Below are positions 25,301 through 38,000 of a DNA stretch of 64,000 nucleotides, one piece after another; position 1 is the first letter of the stretch; the number at the start of each line of letters is the position of its first letter. A model generated the notes under the pieces. It searched no databases, was not told the DNA's origin, and saw only the letters and a program-made list of their open reading frames with translations. Position numbers and translations under genes: made by a program. The DNA is from Laetmonice hystrix. Lineage: Eukaryota. The stretch covers positions 5,334,001 through 5,398,000 of the forward strand of contig OZ249436.1 of the NCBI GenBank assembly GCA_965235115.1, read 5' to 3'.

Positions 25301-28300
25301 CAAAATGGCTACATTTTTGATACGTCAAATTGAAACTACGCGCTCCAAAATCATGATTCTTAGGCCAGATGTAGAACTGTCAAACGTATAGGTCTCGTAC
25401 GTTCGCTACAGATATATGGTTGTGATGTGTACCCTTCCCATTGGAGTACCTTCTCCAGATTTTAACATTAGAATGTCCTCGCCTGTACCTTTCATTTCCA
25501 GCTACCTCACTGTAGTGTTTGCATGGCTGCTATAGGCCAGCCGGTAAAATGTTGGGACTTCTCACTCTACTGGTTGGCCTCCCACAATGCTTGGCCCCAC
25601 AGTGTAATGTTTGGCCTCACTGTACACTTTGGCCTCACTGTAGTGTTAGCTTGGGTGCTAGGCCACCCAGTATACCTTGTAGCGATTCCTCCCTCTACTG
25701 TTTGGCCTTCCTGTACCGTTTGCTTGTATACAAGTGTAGCCAGTAGTATAGGGACGCCTCATGTTTTATGTTTCCATGCCTTTATTGTCCAGGAGGCAGG
25801 CCATACGTTTCGTTTTTCATCTACTCCAATCTAATCTGTGTCCCCTACAGACCATCGGTAAGCGTCCGACAACGTTGTCAGGTCGTCGCAATGACTGTTT
25901 GCCGTAAATGTTTTGTTAACAATGGCAAATGACGTTGTACGCCTTTTCTCTATCATTGGGGATACCGATCCTATCCCCAAGTAACAAACAAACAAAGATT
26001 ACACATCTAGAGATGCTGCAGGCAGAAAACACCAGGGTGCAGCTCAGCTGACTGCACTGCCGCCTTCTGGCCAGCGGTGGAATCACCACGTACACCTGGC
26101 CGGGCTGGCAGGCACCTGTGGGTCTGAGGCGAGAGACAGGTTAAAGCAATGATAAGCGCAAAATGGCTACATTTTTGATACGTCAATTTGAAACTACGCC
26201 CCCCAAAATTATGATTCTTCGGCCACATGTAGAACTGTCAAACGTATAGGTCTCGTACGTTCGCTACAGATATATGGTTGTGATGTGTACACTTCCCATT
26301 TGAGTATCTTCTCCAGATTTTAACATTAGAATGTCGTCGCCTGTACCTTTCATTTCCAGCTACCTCACTGTAGTGTTTGCATGACTGCTATAGGCCAGCC
26401 GGTAAAATGTTGGGACTTCTCACTCTACTGGTTGGCCTCCCACAATGCTTGGCCCCACAGTGTAATGTTTGGCCTCACTGTACACTTTGGCCTCACTGTA
26501 GTGTTAGCTTGGGTGGTAGGCCACCCACTATACCTTGTAGCGATTCCTCCCTCTACTGTTTGGCCTTCCGGTACCGTTTGCTTGTATACAAGTGTAGCCA
26601 GTAGTATAGGGACGCCTCATGTTTCATGTTTCCATGCCTTTATTGTCCAGGAGGCAGGCCATACGTTTCGGTTATCATCTACTCCAATCTAATCTGTGTC
26701 CCCTACAGACCATCAGTAAGCGTCCGACAACGTTGTCAGGTCGTCGCAATGACTGTTTGCCGTAAAGGTTTTGTTAACAGTGGCAAATGACGTTGTACGC
26801 CTTTTCTATATCAGATATCCTATCCCCAAGTAACAAACAAACAAAGATTACACATCTAGAGATGCTGCAGGCAGAAAACACCAGGGTGTAGCTCAGCTGA
26901 CTGCACTGCCGCCTTCCGGCCAGCGGTGGAATCACCACGTACACCTGTCCGGGCTGGCAGGCACCTGTGGGTCTGAGGCGAGAGACAGGTTAAAGCAATG
27001 ATAAGCGCAAAATGGCTACATTTTTGATACGTCAAATTGAAACTACGCGCTCCAAAATCATGATTCTTAGGCCAGATGTAGAACTGTCAAACGTATAGGT
27101 CTCGTACGTTCGCTACAGATATATGGTTGTGATGTGTACCCTTCCCATTGGAGTACCTTCTCCAGATTTTAACATTAGAATGTCCTCGCCTGTACCTTTC
27201 ATTTCCAGCTACCTCACTGTAGTGTTTGCATGGCTGCTATAGGCCAGCCGGTAAAATGTTGGGACTTCTCACTCTACTGGTTGGCCTCCCACAATGCTTG
27301 GCCCCACAGTGTAATGTTTGGCCTCACTGTACACTTTGGCCTCACTGTAGTGTTAGCTTGGGTGCTAGGCCACCCAGTATACCTTGTAGCGATTCCTCCC
27401 TCTACTGTTTGGCCTTCCTGTACCGTTTGCTTGTATACAAGTGTAGCCAGTAGTATAGGGACGCCTCATGTTTTATGTTTCCATGCCTTTATTGTCCAGG
27501 AGGCAGGCCATACGTTTCGTTTATCATCTACTCCAATCTAATCTGAGTCCCCTACAGACCATCGGTAAGCGTCCGACAACGTTGTCAGGTCGTCGCAATG
27601 ACTGTTTGCCGTAAATGTTTTGTTAACAATGGCAAATGACGTTGTACGCCTTTTCTCTATCATTAAGGATACCGATCCTATCCCCAAGTAACAAACAAAC
27701 AAAGATTACACATCTAGAGATGCTGCAGGCAGGAAACACCAGGGTGCAGCTCAGCTGACTGCACTGCCGCCTTCTGGCCAGCGGTGGAATCACCACGTAC
27801 ACCTGGCCGGGCTGGCAGGCACCTGTGGGTCTGAGGCGAGAGACAGGTTAAAGCAATGATAAGCGCAAATGGCTACATTTTTGATACGTCAATTTGAAAC
27901 TACGCCCCCCAAAATTATGATTCTTCGGCCAGATGTAGAACTGTCAAACGTATAGGTCTCGTACGTTCGCTACAGATATATGGTTGTGATGTGTACACTT
28001 CCCATTTGAGTATCTTCTCCAGATTTTAACATTAGAATGTCGTCGCCTGTACCTTTCATTTCCAGCTACCTCACTGTAGTGTTTGCATGACTGCTATAGG
28101 CCAGCCGGTAAAATGTTGGGACTTCTCACTCTACTGGTTGGCCTCCCACAATGCTTGGCCCCACAGTGTAATGTTTGGCCTCACTGTACACTTTGGCCTC
28201 ACTGTAGTGTTAGCTTGGGTGCTAGGCCACCCACTATACCTTGTAGCGATTCCTCCCTCTACTGTTTGGCCTTCCGGTACCGTTTGCTTGTATACAAGTG

Positions 28301-28553
28301 TAGCCAGTAGTATAGGGACGCCTCATGTTTCATGTTTCCATGCCTTTATTGTCCAGGAGGCAGGCCATACGTTTCGGTTATCATCTACTCCAATCTAATC
28401 TGTGTCCCCTACAGACCATCGGTAAGCGTCCGACAACGTTGTCAGGTCGTCCCAATGACTGTTTGCCGTAAAGGTTTTGTTAACAATGGCAAATGACGTT
28501 GTACGCCTTTTCTATATCAGATATCCTATCCCCAAGTAACAAACAAACAAAGA
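16308..28553. repeat. ~850-bp macrosatellite, block 1 (15 monomers of 849/858/578 bp; 1707-bp dimer and 3992-bp higher-order repeat)
   Basis: Equivalent positions at 17001, 17850, 18708, 19557, 20415, 20993, 21842, 22700, 23549, 24407, 24985, 25834, 26692, 27541, 28398. Confidence 0.97.
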
Positions 28554-29243
28554 CTAGATACGTTGTGGAGTACCACAATGGATCCCATCCCCGGGGTGTC
28601 CCATGTAACATGTTCTGAATAGGGATAACTATGGTACTATCTTGCACCCGTGACGACTTATGAGCCTTAGAAGATGGAAGTTACGTCATTATGACCTTAT
28701 GCTACGTCATAAATATTGATCTCAATGGACTTCCTATTCATGTTCAAAAATAACTATAGGTGTATCTAGCACCGTTTACTAGTTACAGGCTTCTACCAAT
28801 CCTTAGAAGGGCTCAGTTACGTCATAAGGATGTAATAGATCACACAACAGAATAAATCTTGGTGTCAATTGAAAGAACATAATGAGGACTTCCTGTTTAT
28901 AAATATTCAATACTAACTATGGGTCTAACTCCTACCATTTACAAGTTAAAACCCTGAGAAAATATCGATGACATCGTTATGTCATGGGTCACGTGACCTA
29001 AGAAATAATGATGCCAAACGAAAGAGTATACATGACTTCCTATTCGTGTTCAATAGTAACTATGGGTCTAACTTCAAGCATTAACAAGTTATATCCCTTA
29101 GAAAATATCGATGACATCTTTACGACGTCACAGGTGACGTGACCTTAAGGATGACGATACCAAGTGATAGCAAGTTATAGCCCTCACAAAATATAGGTTC
29201 ACTGGCTGTGGTAATCAGTACTAGTTCAATCCAGTATTAGCTT

Positions 29244-29322
29244 GTCAGATGGCGTAGCACTGGCGATAAGTGTCTTGACTCACATGCTATGGGTCGCCGG
29301 TTCAATCCCAGGCCGAGTCACC
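29244..29322 (+). pseudogene. tRNA-like relic / SINE head inside the outer HINE
   Basis: A-box-like TGGCGTAGCACTGG, B-box GGTTCAATCCC, then a T run. The 3' part GTTCAATCCCAGGCCGAGTCAC is duplicated at ~29356. Confidence 0.5.
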
Positions 29323-30239
29323 TATTTTTTTGGACTTCTACCGGAAGGGTCCCGCGTTCAATCCCAGGCCGAGTCACGTTTCTTTTTGTTTTTGTTTTTT
29401 CCCTCTAATTTTTAAAAATGGTCACGTGACCTGAAAAAAAAAATATCATAAAAGAGCATAATGACTTCTTATCTGTGTTTAATAGTAACCAATGCCAAAT
29501 CTGGCACCGTTTACAAGTTCTAGAAAATTGACAATTTTTCGAAATTTCAAAGTCACGTGATTCAGCGAATATTAGTCAAATCGCTTATCTTTTGATGATT
29601 TGAGACAAGCTCATGTTAGAGAGTCCTTCTGCCTAATATTGTCGAATTTCACCAAAAAATGAAGAAGGAGTAGCGATTTAAGAGATTTGTGACTGAGGAC
29701 CCAGTTCTCCTAAAGTTCAAGGTCAAATGACAAATGAAGGGTCCATGTTAGACTAGACCATTGCCTGATTAAAACACCATGATGGGGTTTGGAAATTTCC
29801 AATATGAACGTCATGACGTGACGTCATACGTCACGTCACGTGATATGTCACAACTCATTGTCTGACGAGTCCTTGTCATGGTCAAGATGTGTGCCAAATT
29901 TGATTGAGATATCTTGAAAACTGACTGAGATGGACGCCACTGTTTACTACTACTACTACTACTACTACGACGCAAAGAATAACTAGCCCGACTGATTGCT
30001 TAAGCAATACAGGGATCCCTTCCCCTGACGAGGAACAATGAAGCAATAATAAAAATAATAATGATAACGAGGCAATAGGTGTTGCTAGGCAACACCAGAT
30101 CCCATTTCCCATTTATGTACATGACGTGCACCTAGCCATGACGTGTACAACTACGTGACGTGTACCTAGCCATGACGTGTACCTAGCCAAAACCAGACAT
30201 GGCGATTAGTATGGCTATAACAATGGCACAACAGGCATT

Positions 30240-31730
30240 GGTGTATTATGACGTCATTATGACGTTATACGTCACACGACGTCATAAGTCTTGGTGGCAA
30301 CTGAAAGAGCATCTATGAGTTCCTATTCGGGTTCAATAGTAACTATGATCGTATCTAGCACCGTTTAGGAGTTACAGGCCTCTGAAAATCCTTAGAAAAT
30401 GGCTATGACGTCATTATGACGTCATACGTGATGATAGGTCAAAAAGGTTGGTGGCATTCGAAAGAGCATATATGACTTCCTATTCATGTTCAATATTAAC
30501 CATGGCTCTATCTTACACCGTTTCAGAGTTACCGCCATTTGTTTCTCAAAAATGGCTATGACCCAATTTCGATGTCACATGGTATGCTAAAAATAGTGCA
30601 CAGCCCTTAGTCTGATCCCGGGGATCTGGGAAATCCCATGGAGATTCCCTGGTATAAATTTGGGCTCGATTTGTCAAAAATTGTTGGAGTTCAGGCGAAT
30701 TAGTAACATTTTGAGCTGTGACCTAGATTTCAAGAAGGTCAAAGGTCAGAGGTCAAATTGATGAATAAAATTATTCCCTCTCAAGTGGCAAGCTAAGTGC
30801 TATGAATGAATTTTCTCTGATCATGGGACTGGTAAAATGAGGCACAATGAGGTACTTCCCAAAACACCAAATTACGTCATGACGTCACGTCATATGACGT
30901 AAATCTTGGTGTCATTTGAAAGAGCATCTATGAGATCCTATTCGTGTTCAATAGTACCTATGACCCTATCTAGCACAGTTTAAGAGTTATAGGCCTCTGA
31001 AAATGCCAATGACGTCATTATGACGTTATACGTCACATGACGTCATAAATCCTGGTGTCAATTGAAAGAGCATATATGACTTCCTATTCATGTTCAATAG
31101 TAACCATGGCTCTATCTTAAACGGTTTCAGAGTTACAGCCATTTGTTTCTCAAAAATGGCTATGACCCAATTTCGATGTCACGTACGTGGTATGCTAAAA
31201 ATAGGGCACAACACCTAGTCTGATCCCGGGCCTCTGGGGAATCCTATGGAGATTCCCTGGTATCAATTTGGGCTCGATTTGTCAAAAATTGTGAGAGGAG
31301 TATCGAAATAGTCACATTTTGACCTGTAACCTAGATCTCAAGAAGGTCAAGGGTCAGAGGTCAAATTGATAAATAAAATGATTCCCCCTCGAGAGGCAAG
31401 CTGGGTGCTATGAATGAATTTTCTCTAACTGATCATGGGACTGGTACAATGTGGTACAATGAGGTACTTGCCAAAGCATCAAATAACGTCATGACGTCAG
31501 GTCATATGACGTAAATGTTAGTAACTGAAAATCCTTAGAAAATGTGAATGACGTCACTATGACGTCATAGTTTATACGTCACGATAGGTAAAAATGTTGG
31601 TGTCAATTGCAAGAGTATTTAAGACTTACTATTCATGTTGAGTAGTAACCATGGCTCTATAATACCGTTTCAGAGTTACAGTCATTTGTTTCTCAAAAAT
31701 GGCTATGACCCAAATTCAATGTCACATGCC
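30240..31730. repeat. ~600-bp internal tandem repeat (about 2.5 copies) of the inner HINE, built from TGACGTCA-rich subunits
   Basis: GTTTCTCAAAAATGGCTATGACCCAA at 30541, ~31146 and ~31688. Shares GAAAGAGCATATATGACTTCCTATT with the 146-bp repeat. Confidence 0.8.
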
Positions 31731-32299
31731 ATTTCTCTTGTTTCAAAGTTTAGCACCTGGTCGCACCCCCCCCCCCCCCCCCCCGGCAATATCCCGGGTC
31801 ATGGGCTGCCACATATCGCCATGTGGGAGGAAGGGGGTCCCCGATAAAATATAATATTTAGCCGACATATTGATATGTGACCATCCCTGGCCCAGATATT
31901 CTCCATCCAATACAATACAATATGTTTATTCACAACCTCGATGGAGGCAAAGGAACAGGGTCAGGGATTGTATCTTATAGTAGCACTGCTCACTCCATTT
32001 GCCACCGCCAGGGCCCAGCCCCCTAGCGTGAGGACAGTGTATAGTTGAGACGTGCTGCTACCTGGTGTCAAACTTCGCCCCCCCCCCCCCCCCCCCCCAC
32101 GGTTGATTGTGTGCTAACAAGATGGGTTTTTGATTTCTTACTCTAGCCATTTCCTTAGCCAAAACGCAGCCATACTTTTTAAAACGTTACACACAAGAAG
32201 CTATAAATGTTTAATCTATACATCGACTTTCAAAGCAAAAGTCTACATTAAATATTTACAAAGACAGGCAGCAGTAGCAATTCAAAGCCATGCATTAAG

Positions 32300-33522
32300 T
32301 AGCTTGGTTCCCGCCTCCCGTGTAGGTGGCGCTAGGCGCGCACGGTAGGCTAGGCACAAAGGTTGACGTCATCGCTCGTCCGGAAGTAAACAAAAGCACG
32401 TGGACTGGTGGAGTCGATCGAGCGGTACCGATCTAGCTGTTGGAATCACGCCAGAAATGGCAAGTTTTTGTTGGAGTGGTAGGCCTAGGCTATATGGCCC
32501 GTAATAATTTGATTTTACATCTCATATCACCTATGGCTATATTACAGCTCCCACCATCTCTCCTCGTCCCCCACTACCTGAACGCTTCCGAGTCCTTGTA
32601 CCACTACGGCCAGTGCTGGTTACCTGCCTGGCATCACGTCACTTACGCCCGCCGCGAATGATCCCGGGAGGCCGCCGAGCCTGCCCGGGGTGAGCGAGGG
32701 AGCGGCGGCCAGTGGCTCGCTTACTCGCTCAAACTGCCGCCGGCCCGCCGGCCGCTCGCTCGCTCGCTGCCGGGGCTTGTAGTGGGCCTCGGCCGGTCCG
32801 TTCGGCCGGGACTTGTATAGGGGGCCTCGCCCTCGGCCAGTCGGTTCGGCTAGGGCTTGTTGATCTAGGCGGATCTAGGATTTTTAAACAATTGCCGAGA
32901 ATTGGACTATATAATTGGCTGACCTATACCAACCAGCACCAGGGCGCCGCTACCGTCTGCTTTGACGGGACCCTTGGCCTTGCTGGGTCGGCGGGCTCAG
33001 TCAAATCGCGTCGGGCTCATACGCCGTGTATTCGTTCCGAACATTAAAACGGTCGCTGTCATGAGACGAAATGCGACATATTGCTCATATTTGTACCACA
33101 TCATGAGGTACATCCCCTTTGTGATTTACCAAGTTTTCAGCCATATGTCGCGATCCAGTAAAATTTTAGAGGAATTCAAACATGAAACGAACCCATCAGA
33201 CTACCCCTCAATCGACCTATTATCGCCCAATGGGGGTCACCCGATACTTCGCGTTTTCTTTACAATTCCTCCCATTAACTCACAAACTTTGATCTTAAGG
33301 TTGAATCGGTGAAGTGTATAAACATTTTAACAACGTTCTAACAGTTAATTATAAATAATAAACTGTTAGTGCTACTTATTTTCTCTTTTTTTCCGCGCAC
33401 ACGATCGCCTTTTCTGCCCGCACAGGCTCACGTGGTTTGTTTACATCTGAGCGCAAAGGATTGTGGGTGATGACGTAAACCTTTGTGCAAGACCTACACC
33501 AGTAGGTCGCGGAACAAGGCTA
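32300..33522. mobile_element. Non-autonomous DNA transposon with 9-bp TSD and long imperfect TIRs (MULE-like), nested in the inner HINE
   Basis: TSD TGCATTAAG at 32291-32299 and 33523-33531. Ends TAGCTTGGTTCC / GGAACAAGGCTA. Subterminal inverted match GCACAAAGGTT(G/T)ACGTCATC. Confidence 0.75.
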
Positions 33523-35029
33523 TGCATTAAGCAGAAAGTCATAGCTCTTCAGAAAAGTATATGCTTGATGTGCGACAGGTCTGGCGTTCGATTCCCCATC
33601 AAGTCATTTGCTGTTTTCGTTTTGATGTTGTTTTTCGACTGAATTTGAAAAATATTATGTTTCTCCCCTTTACAATTGCCAGTCATTCGGCTACAGATAA
33701 TTTACAGCTATATTTCACGTTTAATGACGAAATATACAGCATACACCACTCACTCTCTGCAGTGTGGACTTACTATGGAGAACGCCATTGGATTTAACTG
33801 AGTTTTGTTAGTAAATAGCTTCGGTCTTCACATGGCGAGTTCCATTCCGAGACTTGGAATCTCCTCTTCAAAGTTGCCTGACATTGAGCTAAATATCTAC
33901 TTGAAGTACTCCCCATAGTTTTAGGCAGAAATATTAGATACTTATTAATACAGAGGGCGATAGGCTCAGCGTCCACAGTCGGCCCATCACGCGGACACCA
34001 AGCGAGGCCCCGACATCACTCACGAAACCAGGTTTCTAGGTCACTCGATCAGTGGTCAAATTGCCTGTCTCTCTTCACGACCTTCTCTTATATAATTGAT
34101 CTCCGTATTGTTAATTATATATTTTGCCAATTGAAATTTATATTATCTTAAAGTAGACAGTTTAAAGTCCACACCGTGTAAATATTAAAACGCTGAGCTT
34201 ATTGTCCTGTAGTTGAGACGTGCCCCAAATTAAGAAAGAGATGACGTTGTAGATGACGTTGTAGATGACGTCACAAGTCACGTGGCACAAAAAATATGGT
34301 ACCTAATTAAAGTAGACATAAAACTTTCTAAGGTTCATTAAGAATTATGGCTCTGTCTCAAATCATTCAAGAGTTACAGCACAGAATCTTCGAAATGACC
34401 TAAGTCAAGCCCAAGTTCAAAACTTTCAGGTCACGTGGTTCAGCGAAAATAGGTCAAATCGCTTATCCACCGAGGAATCTGTTGGAGCTGTCCCTAGAGA
34501 GTGCCTCTGCGAAATATTGTCAAGATTTATCCAAAAATGGGGAAGAAGTAATGATTTAACCGATTTACGAGCTAGGGACCAGGTCTCTCTAAGTTCAAAG
34601 GTCAAAGGTCAAATGAAGGGTCAGACTTATGCAGCACCCTTGCCCGACTAAAATGCCATGACGGATTTTCGAAATTCCCAAGATGAGGTTCAAAAATGAG
34701 CTTTAATGTACACAACACGTTTCACGTCATGACGTCATGACGTGACGTTACGTGACGTCATGACGCACCATGAGATCAGAGTTTGTCATCGTGAAGACGT
34801 AGCCCAAGTTTCATTGAGATATCTTGAAAAATGACTGAGATATACGTATAGGTTTACGACTACTACGACTACGACTACTACTACTACTACTACTACTACA
34901 GGCATAAAAATAAGGAAGACGAAACCAGACAATTTCAAGATCCCTTCCCCTATCGGGGGAAGGGATAATAATAGGGAAGACGAAACCGTACAATCTGAAG
35001 ATCCCATCCCCCTGTAGGGGATGGGATAA

Positions 35030-38000
35030 TTACACATCTAGAGATGCTGCAGGCAGAAAACACCAGGGTGCAGCTCAGCTGACTGCACTGCCGCCTTCCG
35101 GCCAGTGGTGGAATCACCACGTACACCTGTACGGGCTGGCAGGCACCTGTGGGTCTGAGGCGAGAGACAGGTTAAAGCAATGATAAGCGCAAAATGGCTA
35201 CATTTTTGATACGTCAAATTGAAACTACGCGCCCCAAAATCATGATTCTTAGGCCAGATGTAGAACTGTCAAACGTATAGGTCTCGTACGTTCGCTACAG
35301 ATGTATGGTTGTGATGTGTACCCTTCCCATTTGAGTACCTTCTCCAGATTTTAACATTAGAATGTCCTCGCCTGTACCTTTCATTTCCAGCTACCTCACT
35401 GTAGTGTTTGCATGGCTGCTATAGGCCAGCCGGTAAAATGTTGGGACTTCTCACTCTACTGGTTGGCCTCCCACAATGCTTGGCCCCACAGTGTAATGTT
35501 TGGCCTCACTGTACTCTTTGGCCTCACTGTAGTGTTCGCCTGGGTGCTAGGCCACCCAGTATACCTTGTAGCGATTCCTCCCTCTACTGTTTGGCCTTCC
35601 TGTACCGTTTGCTTGTATACAAGAGTAGCCAGTAGTATAGGGACGCCTCATGTTTCATGTTTCCGTGCCTTTATTGTCCAGGAGGCAGGCCATACGTTTC
35701 GTTTATCATCTTCTCCAATCTAATCTGTGTGCCCTACAGACCATCGGTAAGCGTCCGACAACGTTGTCAGGTCGTCGCAATGACTGTTTGCCGTAAAGGT
35801 TTTGTTAACAATGGCAAATGACGTTGTACGCCTTTTCTCTATCATTGGGGATACCGATCCTATCCCCAAGTAACAAACAAACAAAGATTACACATCTAGA
35901 GATGCTGCAGGCAGAAAACACCAGGGTGCAGCTCAGCTGACTGCACTGCCGCCTTCTGGCCAGCGGTGGAATCACCACGTACACCTGGCCGGGCTGGCAG
36001 GCACCTGTGGATCTGAGGCGAGAGACAGGTTAAAGCAATGATAAGCGCAAAATTGCTAAATTTTTGATACGTCAATTTGAAACTACGCCCCCCAAAATTA
36101 TGATTCTTCGGCCACATGTAGAACTGTCAAGTGTATAGGTCTCGTACGTTCGCTACAGATATATGGTTGTGATGTGTACACTTCCCATTTGAGTATCTTC
36201 TCCAGATTTTAACATTAGAATGTCGTCGCCTGTACCTTTCATTTCTAGCTACCTCACTGTAGTGTTTGCATGACTGCTATAGGCCAGCCGGTAAAATGTT
36301 GGGACTTCTCACTCTACTGGTTGGCTTCCCACAATGCTTGGCCCCACAGTGTAATGTTTGGCCTCACTGTACACTTTGGCCTCACTGTAGTGTTAGCTTG
36401 GGTGCTAGGCCACCCAGTATACCTTGTAGCGATTCCTCCCTCTACTGTTTGGCCTTCCTTTACCGTTTGCTTGTATACAAGTGTAGCCAGTAGTATAGGG
36501 ACGCCTCGTGTTTCATGTTTCCATGCCTTTATTGTCCAGGAGGCAGGCCATACGTTTCGGTTATCATCTACTCCAATCTAATCTGTGTCCCCTACAGACG
36601 ATCGGTAAGCGTCCGACAACGTTGTCAGGTCGTCCCAATGACTGTTTGCCGTAAAGGTTTTGTTAACAATGGCAAATGACGTTGTACGCCTTTTCTATAT
36701 CAGATATCCTATCCCCAAGTAACAAACAAAGACGACACATCTAGAGATGCTGTAGGCAGAAAACACCAGGGTGCAGCTCAGCTGACTGCACTGCCGCCTT
36801 CTGGCCAGCGGTGGAATCACCACGTACACCTGGCCGGGCTGGCAGGCACCTGTGGCTCTGAGGCGAGAGACAGGTTAAAGCAATGATAAGCGCAAAATGG
36901 CTACATTTTTGATACGTCAATTTGAAACTACGCGCCCCAAAATTATGATTCTTAGGCCAGATGTAGAACTGTCAAACGTATGGGTCTCGTACGTTCGCTA
37001 CACATATATAGTTGTGATGTGTACACTTCCCATTTGAGTATCTTCTCCAGATTTTAATATTAGAATGTCCTCGCCTGTACTTTTCATTTCCACTACCTCA
37101 CTGTAGTGTTTCGATGGCTGCTATAGGCCAGCCGGTAAAATGTTGGGACTTCTCACTCTACTGATTGGCCTCCCACAATGCTTGGCCCCACAGTGTAATG
37201 TTTGGCCTCACTGTACTCTTTGGCCTCACTGTAGTGTTCGCTTGGGTGCTAGGCCACCCAGTATACCTTGTAGCGATTCCTCCCTCTACTGTTTGGCCTT
37301 CCTGTACCGTTTGCTTGTATACAAGTGTAGCCAGTAGTATAGGGACGCCTCATGTTTTATGTTTCCATGCCTTTATTGTCCAGGAGGCAGGCCATACGTT
37401 TCGTTTATCATCTACTCCAATCTAATCTGAGTCCCCTACAGACCATCGGTAAGCGTCCGACAACGTTGTCAGGTCGTCGCAATGACTGTTTGCCGTAAAT
37501 GTTTTGTTAACAATGGCAAATGACGTTGTACGCCTTTTCTATATCAGATATCCTATCCCCAAGTAACAAACAAAGACGACACATCTAGAGATGCTGTAGG
37601 CAGAAAACACCAGGGTGCAGCTCAGCTGACTGCACTGCCGCCTTCTGGCCAGCGGTGGAATCACCACGTACACCTGGCCGGGCTGGCAGGCACCTGTGGC
37701 TCTGAGGCGAGAGACAGGTTAAAGCAATGATAAGCGCAAAATGGCTACATTTTTGATACGTCAATTTGAAACTACGCGCCCCAAAATTATGATTCTTAGG
37801 CCAGATGTAGAACTGTCAAACGTATGGGTCTCGTACGTTCGCTACACATATATAGTTGTGATGTGTACACTTCCCATTTGAGTATCTTCTCCAGATTTTA
37901 ATATTAGAATGTCCTCGCCTGTACTTTTCATTTCCACTACCTCACTGTAGTGTTTCGATGGCTGCTATAGGCCAGCCGGTAAAATGTTGGGACTTCTCAC

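Larger units (their letters stand above)
29983..34968 (-). mobile_element. Inner HINE (sub-TIR GATCCCTTCCCC) nested 61 bp inside the 5' end of the outer HINE
   Basis: 5' end TTATCCCTTCCCC-CGATA-GGGGAAGGGAT at 34968. 3' end GGGGAAGGGATCCCTGT-ATTGCTTAAGCAAT-CAGTCGGGCTAG at 29983. Excision restores CCCTATTA|TTATTCTTTGCG followed by the (GTA)n tract. Confidence 0.85.
28554..35029 (-). mobile_element. Complete non-autonomous Helentron (outer HINE, sub-TIR GATCCCATCCCC), 6476 bp including nested inserts, in an A|T site of the satellite with no TSD
   Basis: Minus strand: host GTGTAA | TTATCCCATCCCC... ...GGGGATGGGATC-CATTGTGGtactCCACAA-CGTATCTAG | TCTTTG host. Removing it restores AAAGA|TTACACATCT and the 849-bp monomer spacing (35408-28083-6476=849). 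Confidence 0.9.
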
